IMG/VR virus record: IMGVR_UViG_3300020055_000012
Coordinates: 15,405-79,404 of that record
DNA length: 64,000 nt
Strand: one strand, 5' to 3'
From: a virus
The translations under genes were made by a program, and so were the position numbers. Positions 55,334 through 64,000 of this stretch are shown piece after piece. How positions within the stretch are numbered: position 1 is the stretch's first letter; the number at the start of each line of letters is the position of its first letter. Under the pieces are notes generated by a model. That model was not told the DNA's origin and searched no databases. It saw only the letters and a list, made by a program, of their open reading frames with translations.

Positions 55334-55429
55334 ACTTTAATTTTTATTATATTAATAAATAGAAATTAAAAACTCTTATAAAGTCAAAGTACTATTTACA
55401 GAAAATGTTTTTTTTTATTAATTTGTAAT

Positions 55430-55936
55430 ATGTATTATTTCGAATATGATAAAGAGGGTTTTTTATATAAGTACAAAGAAGCTTGTATAGAAGATTTTGA
55501 TTTGTTAATAGAAAAAAAAGAACACTTTCATAATAGAAAAATAGTTAAATCTTATTATTATTTAACAGGCTCTACCATATATAGAGTTGAAAGTAATGGA
55601 GTAGAAAAAAATGTTATAGAATATGAAAGTCCAATAATGTTAAAACATAGATTTGAAGCTGGGGAAAGTTGGATTTCTGTTGTTGAAAAAGTAAACGATT
55701 TTAAAATTGAACACTTTGAAGAAGAAGAAGAAGAAGATAATATAGACAGAAAATACCCTATGTTTTATGGTCACAAAAAAGAAAAGCCAACAAACAACTC
55801 AGTTTACCCATACAGATATTATCCTAAAATAAAAAAACAACTTTTCCTAGAAAATGATAAATTATACAATTTCAAAATACAAGTAGAAAAAAATAATTTA
55901 ATGAAATGGAAAAGTATAATTGATTTTACAAATTAG
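55430..55936 (+). CDS. Hypothetical protein
   Basis: ORF track. Confidence 0.5.
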   Translation: MYYFEYDKEGFLYKYKEACIEDFDLLIEKKEHFHNRKIVKSYYYLTGSTIYRVESNGVEKNVIEYESPIMLKHRFEAGESWISVVEKVNDFKIEHFEEEEEEDNIDRKYPMFYGHKKEKPTNNSVYPYRYYPKIKKQLFLENDKLYNFKIQVEKNNLMKWKSIIDFTN

Positions 55937-55965
55937 CATCTATTTATTTAAAAACAATAAATTAG

Positions 55966-56448
55966 ATGTATAACAAGGGAAGTCAGTTAAGAAACATACT
56001 AATCGAAGGGTTTAATGATAGAAATGAATCTTTTTATTATTTAGCTCCTGATATTATAGGTTCTGTAGCAAATGCAAATATGGATATGGGAAAAAACATA
56101 TTTGTAGTTGATTTCATAACTACAGATGGAAGAAACATGAGTTTAAAAGTTAAAAATGACTGCATAAACAAATGGTTGAATAATTCTCAGAATAAAAATT
56201 GCAGAATTTTAGATTTCTTAAAAGACTTTGTAAGCAACTCTCAATCAGAAGATGATTTAAGCCCTGATACTTTAGAGGAAATTGTTGATGAGTATGGAGA
56301 TATTATGTCAGATGACGATATGCCAAACAACTCAAATAACTCAATGGTTGGTAATTCTAAATTTGATTCAGAAAAAGCTATAAAACAAACTATAGCTAAA
56401 AGTAAGCGTTATTACGGAGATTTAGGCTTAGGAGTTATTACTTGGTAA
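55966..56448 (+). CDS. Hypothetical protein
   Basis: ORF track; TATTTAT upstream. Confidence 0.5.
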   Translation: MYNKGSQLRNILIEGFNDRNESFYYLAPDIIGSVANANMDMGKNIFVVDFITTDGRNMSLKVKNDCINKWLNNSQNKNCRILDFLKDFVSNSQSEDDLSPDTLEEIVDEYGDIMSDDDMPNNSNNSMVGNSKFDSEKAIKQTIAKSKRYYGDLGLGVITW

Positions 56449-56489
56449 TTAATTGTTTTTACAAAATATTTATTATTAAAATTAAAAAA

Positions 56490-57017
56490 ATGTATAAGTT
56501 ATCAGAGATTTTTGATTTTTCTTCAGAAGAGGAAAGAGGGGCTAGCAAAAAAAGTTCTCAACTTGAAAGAATGAAAGAACTTAATGAAACTTACCAAAAA
56601 AGAGGTGAGTTTATAAAGTCAAAGAAAGATAAGAATGTAAATGAGAGTGAATTAATAAAAGAATCTGAAAGATTAAAAAAACTCTCTAACCATAGATTAA
56701 TAAAAGAGTATGGAAATGACGGCATACCTTTCATGGGGATGAAGCAAGCTGGTCAAGGAGAAACTGTAAATACATTTTTGCCAACTATACCAGATGCAGC
56801 AAGAAACAATTCGTTTTCATATATAAAACCAGAAGAAGCTTTAGATATATCAATAAAAAGAACTATAGAATCTGGGACTCCAATTAATAATATGGGATTT
56901 TATGATGAGGTTAACTGGACTCTTAACAACTTAGGTTTTGATTCTAGATTGCCCCTAGACATAAAAAGTGCTTTAGTTAAAATTGTTGGTGGAGATATAG
57001 AAACTTCAGTCGATTAA
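56490..57017 (+). CDS. Hypothetical protein
   Basis: ATG 56490 after TATTTAT; LNE/IKE motifs. Confidence 0.5.
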   Translation: MYKLSEIFDFSSEEERGASKKSSQLERMKELNETYQKRGEFIKSKKDKNVNESELIKESERLKKLSNHRLIKEYGNDGIPFMGMKQAGQGETVNTFLPTIPDAARNNSFSYIKPEEALDISIKRTIESGTPINNMGFYDEVNWTLNNLGFDSRLPLDIKSALVKIVGGDIETSVD

Positions 57018-57022
57018 AACTA

Positions 57023-57511
57023 ATGAATGAAATTAGAAAAATCATAAGGGAAGAACTTTCAAAGCTTTTAGAAGAAGACTTTAGATATAGATATGATGGA
57101 GAATTTACTCCAACAGATGAAATGGTTTCTATTGCAAAAAAAGCCTTAGAAATAATAGCTTCAAACAACTTAATAGATAATGCAAACCCAAATGAAGGTT
57201 CTGGTAAAAATAAAGCAAAATCTATATGTAATAAAGATTCTATGACTCATGCTCAAGTAAAAAGAATGAAAGCTTATTTTGATAATCATTGTGATGAAGT
57301 TAATTTAGAAAAATCTAAAGGAATAAAAATAGAAGATTCAGGAATATTGCAGTCTTGGAATTTGTGGGGAGGTGATGCAGGAAGGGCATGGGCTGATAGA
57401 ATAATATCTCAAAAACATAGCAAAAACAATACTAGCAAAACAGTAAGAGGAGCTTCTGGTATTAGAACCAAAAATTTAATGAATCCATTAAATATAAGAA
57501 TCCACAAATAA
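57023..57511 (+). CDS. Conserved phage hypothetical protein
   Basis: MNEIRKIIREEL; RMKAYFDNH...WNLWGGDAGRAWA. Confidence 0.55.
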   Translation: MNEIRKIIREELSKLLEEDFRYRYDGEFTPTDEMVSIAKKALEIIASNNLIDNANPNEGSGKNKAKSICNKDSMTHAQVKRMKAYFDNHCDEVNLEKSKGIKIEDSGILQSWNLWGGDAGRAWADRIISQKHSKNNTSKTVRGASGIRTKNLMNPLNIRIHK

Positions 57512-57559
57512 ATTTGATTCTTTAAAGTTTTATTTATATTTTTGTTTAAAATAATTTAA

Positions 57560-58324
57560 ATGAATGTATTAAGTCTTTTTGACGGCATGAGTTGTGGTCA
57601 AATTGCTTTAAATAAAGCAAAAATTAATCCTAAAAATTATTATGCATCTGAAATAGATAAATACGCTATTTCTATTTGTAAAAAAAATTATCCAAACACA
57701 ATTCATTTAGGAGATGTTACTCAGATAAGAGGAAAAGATTTGCCAAAAATAGATTTGTTAATAGGTGGAAGCCCTTGTCAAGGTTTTAGTATGGCAGGAA
57801 AGAGATTAAATTTTGAAGACCCAAGAAGCAAGTTATTTTTTGAATATGTTAGGTTGTTAGAAGAATTAAAGCCAAAGTATTTTCTTTTAGAAAATGTTAA
57901 AATGAAACAAGAATGGGAAGATATAATAACAGAAAAGTTAGGAGTAGACCCAGTAAAAATTAATAGCGATTTGTTTGTTCAACAAAACAGGCCTAGAGTT
58001 TATTGGACAAATATACCAATTAGTAAATTGCCAAAAAGACCTGATTGGAAAGGTGATTATTATCAATTTAGAAGAACTTACTATAGAAAAAATCAAAGTG
58101 GTGTTTGTCCATGTCTTACTGCAAATATGGGAACTGGCGGTCATAACGTACCCTTAAAAAGTATGGACAAATCAGATAAGCTTACACCAGTAGAGTGCGA
58201 AAGATTACAAGCAGTACCAGATAATTATACTGACGGAGTAAGCAACACTCAAAGATATAAAATGTTAGGTAACGGCTGGACTGTTGATGTAATAACTCAT
58301 ATTTTTAAAGGTATAGAAAAATGA
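57560..58324 (+). CDS. DNA (cytosine-5) methyltransferase 1
   Basis: LSLFDG, GGSPCQ, LLENV, Q.R.R, MLGNGW. Confidence 0.9.
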   Translation: MNVLSLFDGMSCGQIALNKAKINPKNYYASEIDKYAISICKKNYPNTIHLGDVTQIRGKDLPKIDLLIGGSPCQGFSMAGKRLNFEDPRSKLFFEYVRLLEELKPKYFLLENVKMKQEWEDIITEKLGVDPVKINSDLFVQQNRPRVYWTNIPISKLPKRPDWKGDYYQFRRTYYRKNQSGVCPCLTANMGTGGHNVPLKSMDKSDKLTPVECERLQAVPDNYTDGVSNTQRYKMLGNGWTVDVITHIFKGIEK

Positions 58325-59133
58325 ATGTATTAAGCCTGTTTGATGGTATGAGTTGTGGTCAGTTAGCCCTTGTTGATGCGGGAGTTGATTATTCAAACTA
58401 TTATGCTTCAGAAATAGATAAACACGCTATAAAAGTTACTCAATATAACTTTCCTAAAACTCAACAACTAGGAGATGTGAAAAATATTAAAGGTAAAGAT
58501 TTGCCAAAAATTGATTTACTAATAGGAGGAAGTCCTTGTCAAGGGTTTAGCATGGCAGGTAAAAGATTAAATTTTGAAGACCCAAGAAGTAAACTATTTT
58601 TTGAATATGTTAGATTGCTAGAAGAATTAAACCCAAAATATTTTCTTTTAGAAAATGTAAGAATGAAAAATGAATGGCAGAATATAATCTCACAACATTT
58701 AGGCGTAGAACCAGTACAAATAAATTCTTCTTTATTTTCAGCACAAAATAGAGTTAGATATTATTGGACTAACATACCAATTAAGGAAATAAAAGATAAA
58801 AAAATATCTCTTAAAAGCATTATAGGCGAAAATTGTGTGGGCGCAGCTAGTAGAGCAAGATATAAAAATGGAATTGAAGGCTCAACAGAACAAAGAATAG
58901 AATTAAGGAAAGATAATAAAGCAAATGCAATGACTACTGTTAAAAAAAACTCAATGGTTAAATTGTTAAAATCACAAACATTGAGACATTTAACAAGAAA
59001 TGAAGCTGAACAATTGCAAAACGTAAAAAAAGATTATACAACTCCTTGTTCTGAAACTCAAGCATTTAAAATGTTAGGCAATGGCTGGACTGTAGGGGTT
59101 ATATCTCATATATTTAAAGGTATTGAAATATGA
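58321..59133 (+). CDS. DNA (cytosine-5) methyltransferase 2
   Basis: Same motifs; ATGA coupling. Confidence 0.9.
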   Translation: MNVLSLFDGMSCGQLALVDAGVDYSNYYASEIDKHAIKVTQYNFPKTQQLGDVKNIKGKDLPKIDLLIGGSPCQGFSMAGKRLNFEDPRSKLFFEYVRLLEELNPKYFLLENVRMKNEWQNIISQHLGVEPVQINSSLFSAQNRVRYYWTNIPIKEIKDKKISLKSIIGENCVGAASRARYKNGIEGSTEQRIELRKDNKANAMTTVKKNSMVKLLKSQTLRHLTRNEAEQLQNVKKDYTTPCSETQAFKMLGNGWTVGVISHIFKGIEI

Positions 59134-60062
59134 ATGTATTAAGTTTGTTTGATGGTATGAGTTGTGGTCAGTTAGCTTTAACTAGAGCTAAAATAAAATA
59201 TGACCAATATTATGCTTCTGAAATAGACAAACATGCTATTAGTGTAGCGCAAGATAACTTCCCTAAAACTAAACAAATAGGAGATGTTACTCAAATAAAA
59301 GGAAAAGAACTTCCAAAAATTGATTTACTAATAGGAGGCAGTCCTTGTCAAAGTTTTAGCGTTGCAGGTGATGGTTCTGGGTTTGATGGAAAAAGTAAGC
59401 TTTTTTGGGAATTTGTTAGAGTCCTTAAAGAAACAAAGCCTAAATATTTTCTTTTAGAAAATGTTAAAATGAAAAAAGAATGGCAAAATATAATTTCAGA
59501 ACATTTGGGTGTAGAGCCTATTGAAATTAATTCTTCCTTAGTTTCTGCACAACATAGAAGAAGACTTTATTGGACTAATATACCGGGAGTAAATCAACCA
59601 AAAGACAAAGGTATAAAATTAGCATCTATATTAGAATCAAAAGCAAAAGGAGAAAAAAAAGAAGGAGACTTTAAAGCAAATAATGGAAAAACTGTAAGAA
59701 TTGAAAAAGATAATTTTCCATACACTTTTTATGAAGCAAGAACAGAAGAAGGTAAAGCTGAAAGAAAAAGAGTTAGACAATTAACTGGTAGAGATACAAC
59801 TCCAAGAGGACCAAAATATAAAATATATTTGCCTTTAAGAACTGAAAAGTCCAATTGTATAGTTGCAACTCCTTCGCAATTAGATTATGTAGTGGACAAA
59901 AAAGGTCAATACAGAAAATTAACAATAAACGAAATTGAAGCTTTACAAACTGTTACAAAAAATTACACAAAAATAGCTTCAGAACCACAAAGAAGAAAAA
60001 TGTTAGGAAATGGATGGACTGTTGATGTAATAGCCCATATATTTTCCTTTATTAAAGAATAA
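59130..60062 (+). CDS. DNA (cytosine-5) methyltransferase 3
   Basis: Same motifs; longer variable region. Confidence 0.9.
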   Translation: MNVLSLFDGMSCGQLALTRAKIKYDQYYASEIDKHAISVAQDNFPKTKQIGDVTQIKGKELPKIDLLIGGSPCQSFSVAGDGSGFDGKSKLFWEFVRVLKETKPKYFLLENVKMKKEWQNIISEHLGVEPIEINSSLVSAQHRRRLYWTNIPGVNQPKDKGIKLASILESKAKGEKKEGDFKANNGKTVRIEKDNFPYTFYEARTEEGKAERKRVRQLTGRDTTPRGPKYKIYLPLRTEKSNCIVATPSQLDYVVDKKGQYRKLTINEIEALQTVTKNYTKIASEPQRRKMLGNGWTVDVIAHIFSFIKE

Positions 60063-60084
60063 ATAAATAAATAAATAAATAAAT

Positions 60085-60672
60085 ATGTCAAACGATTACG
60101 AAAAATTAGAAGAACAAGAAATGTCTAAAGTGACACAAAAATTCGAAACAACCCCAGTATTACCTGCAGATTTTGAAGGGTATATGGATGCAGACGATGA
60201 GCTAAGCCCTATAGCAAAGCACATTAAAGATACAACAATTCATAATGCTGATATAGAAACTAATAGAATTAAGTTTTTATATTGCACAAAAAATCCCAAA
60301 AAAGAAGGAGGAAGATTTGTACTTGCTTCTCTTGTAAAGAGAAGTGAGATAGAAAAAATGGTAAATGATGAATATGATTACTTTGTTACTGTTTTCTATG
60401 ATGTATGGAAAGATTTGGATGAAAAAAACAAAACGATTCAACTAGACAAAGCTCTTTGTGGAATTGATATGGGAACTTTAGAAAAACCTTCTTTAAGTAA
60501 AAAAACTCCAGACACTAGAGAGTTTAATGATAATTTAAGATTTTATGGTGCTGAGAAAGTTTTAGATAGTTCTGAAATGGTAGATTTAGCATGTCAAAGA
60601 GTTTTAGAAGAAAGAAAAGAAAGGAAAAAAGAAGAAAAAAACCAAAAAAATAAAATTGAAACAAATATTTAA
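60085..60672 (+). CDS. Hypothetical protein, possibly a degenerate phage metallopeptidase-like fold
   Basis: RIKFLY...YDYFVTV..DVW..LD......LDKALC.I...PD..EF; lacks HE.xH. Confidence 0.4.
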   Translation: MSNDYEKLEEQEMSKVTQKFETTPVLPADFEGYMDADDELSPIAKHIKDTTIHNADIETNRIKFLYCTKNPKKEGGRFVLASLVKRSEIEKMVNDEYDYFVTVFYDVWKDLDEKNKTIQLDKALCGIDMGTLEKPSLSKKTPDTREFNDNLRFYGAEKVLDSSEMVDLACQRVLEERKERKKEEKNQKNKIETNI

Positions 60673-60728
60673 CATTATTGACTTGACTTTTTTTTTAAAA
60701 AACATTTATTTGTAAAAAACAAAACATT

Positions 60729-60968
60729 ATGGAAGATATAAAAATACAAATGACACCAACTGTTAAAGCTGCACTTTCTCACTTTCAAGCTCAAAAAGAT
60801 AAAGCTTTATCTGATTTAGAGATTTATTTGAATAGACCTGTAGGAGTGGGTGGTCACGTAACAACTACAGAAGATATTATTAAGTTATTTGAAGATTTAG
60901 AAAAAGCTGATACTATGATTAAAAGTATAAGCTCTATTATAATTACAGAAGAACCGAAGACAAATTAA
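60729..60968 (+). CDS. Small conserved phage protein
   Basis: ALSDLEIYLNRPVGVGGH motif. Confidence 0.55.
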   Translation: MEDIKIQMTPTVKAALSHFQAQKDKALSDLEIYLNRPVGVGGHVTTTEDIIKLFEDLEKADTMIKSISSIIITEEPKTN

Positions 60969-60976
60969 AAATAAAA

Positions 60977-61216
60977 ATGGTAATTATACTTAAAATAATA
61001 TTAGGACTACTGTCTTTAAGTTGTCTGTTTTTTGGAAGATTAGTAATTAGAGAGTATAAACTATTTAACGCTGATATAGAAACAAAATCAACCTCTTTAG
61101 CAGAAAGAATTTTAGTTAATGGAATTATATTTATAATTCTTTCAGTGCTATTGTTTATTTTGTCTTTTAGTATTGTTACTATTTTATCTAAAATTCAAAT
61201 AGAAAGTTTAATATAA
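60977..61216 (+). CDS. Two-TM membrane protein
   Basis: Hydrophobic segments. Confidence 0.5.
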   Translation: MVIILKIILGLLSLSCLFFGRLVIREYKLFNADIETKSTSLAERILVNGIIFIILSVLLFILSFSIVTILSKIQIESLI

Positions 61217-61220
61217 ATTT

Positions 61221-61490
61221 ATGTTTAGCTGGAAAGGTTCAAAGTTGAGATTTTATATAAAGAATATAATTTGGAATTATTCTTTTTGGATTATGTGTAA
61301 GAGAACTTATGTTGATTATTCTTTCTTAAAAAAGAACCCAATAAATGGCAAAACAGAAAAAATAATAAAAAGAAGATTTATAGGATATACTTACAAAGGA
61401 AAGTTGTATCAAGATAATCCTGGTATGCCAATAAAGTCTAAAGATGATTGGAAACACTTAAAAAAAAAGTACACAAACAAGACCTGCTGA
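61221..61490 (+). CDS. Hypothetical protein
   Basis: ORF track. Confidence 0.5.
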   Translation: MFSWKGSKLRFYIKNIIWNYSFWIMCKRTYVDYSFLKKNPINGKTEKIIKRRFIGYTYKGKLYQDNPGMPIKSKDDWKHLKKKYTNKTC

Positions 61491-61576
61491 CTCAGTAGGT
61501 TTTTTTGTATAATAATATATTCTGTTTTTTAATTTTTAGGTATATTTATATGAAAAGTAAAACAAATAGGTTTAAA

Positions 61577-63409
61577 ATGGCCGAAGAAATAAACATAGAC
61601 AACGGAGAAGAGAAAAGAGATGAAAAATTCTCTAAAGAGTTAGATGCTACTAATGATACTTTAAGTATGATTAAGGAACTTCTTGATGAAACAACGTCAA
61701 AAGCTATAAAAGAACTTGGCTTTGAAAGAAATGAGAAAGTTGCTGGTGTATACGGAGATGGTACAACCTATGGAACTGGAGTTGAAGAGAATGAATATAA
61801 TATTATAATAACTGGTAGACCTAGAAAATATGATAGCTCAAAAAATAAAGACCATGGTCCAAATTCTGGAACTGTAGTAAAGCAAGTTTTTATTGGTGCT
61901 AAAAGAATGGAGTCTGAAGTTAATTTTGAAATAAAAGGGAAAACATTACATCTACAATATAAAACTACTGAAGCTGGTTTTTTTAGAGGTGTAGACGACA
62001 AAGGAAAGACTTATATGGTAAACGAAAGATTGATTATACCATTAAGCAAAGCAAAAAAGGCTCTAAAAGACTTATTTACAAATGTAGCTCAAAGAGAGGT
62101 TGGTTTTTTAACTAATACTAAACTTGGAGTAGAAGATAGGCTTGACGCAAGCACAACATCAATAGTTGAAACTTTAGATATGGAAAATTTAACACTTAAA
62201 AATCTCTTTAAAGATGATTTAGATTTCGGAGATAACACTATCAATGAAGGCAAATATGAGAAGTTGCCAGACGATGAATTGAATATACCAGCTCAACAAA
62301 AACTTAATAAAGTTCCTGTGAAGGATGGAAAATTTTTATTGTTTGATGATGAAGAAGTTAATTTTGAAGAAATAATACACGAATTAGGACTTCAAGAAAA
62401 TGATGAATTTAAAGAAAGGTTGAAAAAAGATTATGGTGTAGAAGGTGGAGACGTTTCTAAATTAACAGTTGCAGAGAAAAAAGATTTTTTTAATTCTTTA
62501 AAAAATGAAACTATTGAAGAAATAACAACAGCAGGTCCAGCAGGTGCAGGAGCTGGTAGATATGATACTAAGTTTTTTGCAAAAGCTTTTGGTAGAAAAT
62601 TTGCTGGTAAAAGTGAAAAAAAATCTAAAGGAGGAAAAAAATCAGATGTTGGAGCTCCTTATAATATACCAGTAAATGACCCTATATATCAAGAAGCAGA
62701 TGGTTTAAATGAGTCTAAAAAATCAAGAAAATCATTAAAAGACACTCCTTATGGCAAAAAGTCTAAAAGACCTACAATAGACAAAGACTATAATGTAGTT
62801 CCTGAAAGCAAGAGCAACAATGCAAGCAAACCATATACTCAAGTTGTAAAAATAGACCCAAATTACCATCCTCTAGGAATGCCTTTTGTTAAACCAAACA
62901 GTAAGGAAGAACTAGAAAGAACAAGTGGGGGACCCGGAGCTGGTAGAGATTTTGATAAATTAAAAAGAATGGGTATTGAAGAAAGTGAGTCTGACAAAAA
63001 ACAAAGGCTTATCAAAAGAAAGTTTTCTTCTTCAATAGAAAATAATAATAAAGGTATAAATAAAAGATATATTGTTACAGAAAAAACAAGTTCTGAATAC
63101 GAAAAAGATAGATGGAAAAAACTTTCTTTATTTAAAAAGTTTGAAACCATAAAAGAATCAGAAGAATTAAATGAAGTTTTTGAGAACATAGAAGATTATG
63201 ATAACTTTTATCTAACAAAAGAAGAAAAGCCTTTGAATGAATCTGTAAACATAGAAGAAAGTTCAGAAAAAACTATAGAGGTAGAAAAAGAAGGAAGTGT
63301 TTTTGGAATAACTCAAAAATTCTATGAAAAAGATTTCTTAAATGAAAACAAATCTTATATTTTAGATTTAAATTCTATGGTTTTTGTAAAAAACCCAAAC
63401 TCAAAATAA
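61577..63409 (+). CDS. Large charged protein, probable internal head protein
   Basis: Many (L/I)xE sites (INE, IEE, LNE, IKE); EITTAG..GAG.Y motif; TATTTAT upstream. Confidence 0.5.
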   Translation: MAEEINIDNGEEKRDEKFSKELDATNDTLSMIKELLDETTSKAIKELGFERNEKVAGVYGDGTTYGTGVEENEYNIIITGRPRKYDSSKNKDHGPNSGTVVKQVFIGAKRMESEVNFEIKGKTLHLQYKTTEAGFFRGVDDKGKTYMVNERLIIPLSKAKKALKDLFTNVAQREVGFLTNTKLGVEDRLDASTTSIVETLDMENLTLKNLFKDDLDFGDNTINEGKYEKLPDDELNIPAQQKLNKVPVKDGKFLLFDDEEVNFEEIIHELGLQENDEFKERLKKDYGVEGGDVSKLTVAEKKDFFNSLKNETIEEITTAGPAGAGAGRYDTKFFAKAFGRKFAGKSEKKSKGGKKSDVGAPYNIPVNDPIYQEADGLNESKKSRKSLKDTPYGKKSKRPTIDKDYNVVPESKSNNASKPYTQVVKIDPNYHPLGMPFVKPNSKEELERTSGGPGAGRDFDKLKRMGIEESESDKKQRLIKRKFSSSIENNNKGINKRYIVTEKTSSEYEKDRWKKLSLFKKFETIKESEELNEVFENIEDYDNFYLTKEEKPLNESVNIEESSEKTIEVEKEGSVFGITQKFYEKDFLNENKSYILDLNSMVFVKNPNSK

Positions 63410-63428
63410 AAAACACAATTTATTTTTG

Positions 63429-63456
63429 AAAGCCCAGCTAATTGTTGGGCTTTTTT
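63429..63456 (+). terminator. Intrinsic terminator
   Basis: AAAGCCCAGC-TAATT-GTTGGGCTTT + T tract. Confidence 0.8.
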
Positions 63457-63510
63457 ATTCTTTATTTTTTTATTTTATTTCGTATATTGCATATTAATAA
63501 ATGATTTATT

Positions 63511-64000
63511 ATGAAAATTACTAATATTACAAATGAAAATGGAAAAATACCTACAGAAGTTAGGTTACCTCTATTAAATAATAAAGACGGTAGAAGTTAT
63601 AATGTAACGCTAAAGCCAGGAGAATACGTTTTTATAGAACATAGAGGAAACAACAGTATACTTAGATTGTATGAAACTAAAAGAATTGTTAAAGTAACTT
63701 TAGAAGAGCCTGCTAGTTATCAAGTTTATTACAAATCATATAATGATGAAAGTATTATTGATAAAGCAAAAAAAGCTATTAAAAATGTTGTAAAAGTATT
63801 TGCTAAAGAAGAAAAGGTTTCTGAAGTGGAAAATTTACATGATGTTTCTTTAGAAAAAGAATTAAATGAAGTTCTTTCTGAAGAAAATAAAGAGCTAGTA
63901 GAAATTGAAGTGGTTGTACCAGAAGAATCTATACAAAAGAAAAATAAAGGAGGTAGACCAAAAGGTTCAAAAAATAAACCAAAAAGAGGTAGACCAAAAT
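63511..64000 (+). CDS. Partial ORF with AT-hook motifs, runs off the window
   Basis: Open from ATG 63511; ends ...KGGRPKGSKNKPKRGRPK. Confidence 0.6.
   Translation, partial: MKITNITNENGKIPTEVRLPLLNNKDGRSYNVTLKPGEYVFIEHRGNNSILRLYETKRIVKVTLEEPASYQVYYKSYNDESIIDKAKKAIKNVVKVFAKEEKVSEVENLHDVSLEKELNEVLSEENKELVEIEVVVPEESIQKKNKGGRPKGSKNKPKRGRPK

Noticed and set aside
60058-60084. (AAAT)n run before 60085, and a similar one at ~27761-27783
   Set aside because: Probably A-rich translation-initiation regions or slippage; no evidence of phase variation
1-64000. Stop-codon reassignment, as seen in some large phages
   Set aside because: Long genes are intact in the standard code, TAG and TGA end genes, and no suppressor tRNA was seen

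Overview
AT-rich segment of a large (jumbo-type) tailed phage genome read in the standard code. The host is probably Bacteroidota, inferred from TAnnTTTG-type promoter motifs and A-rich, SD-less starts. The window holds tail/baseplate genes with five receptor-binding fibres or spikes, a RuvC-primase-SbcCD(fused) replication block, an SNF2 helicase, two lytic enzymes, many probable internal head proteins, a Cry-toxin-like/jacalin protein, SET and PcfJ-like proteins, and three tandem C5 methyltransferases. A translation-support island (32-41 kb) carries 21 tRNA genes plus 2 aberrant tRNA-like genes, a group I intron in tRNA-Arg(UCU) and a compact RNase P RNA. Main finding: each of the three tRNA arrays is preceded by a short leader ORF and a mutually exclusive antiterminator/terminator, and each leader is built from the codons read by the tRNAs of its own array (ATA/AGR for Ile-UAU, Arg-UCU, Ile2; S,N,K,V,F,M,H,D for array 2; T,Y,R,I,P,G,C,A,W for array 3). 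This looks like a set of multi-codon ribosome-stalling attenuators that switch on phage tRNA supply when the matching host tRNAs fail. Other notable items are a small RNA element with two-part complementarity to 23S rRNA H69-H71, and mini-genes made of capsid and sheath fragments tagged with a YKKxLLIEK motif. All calls come from reading the sequence by eye; no searches were run.
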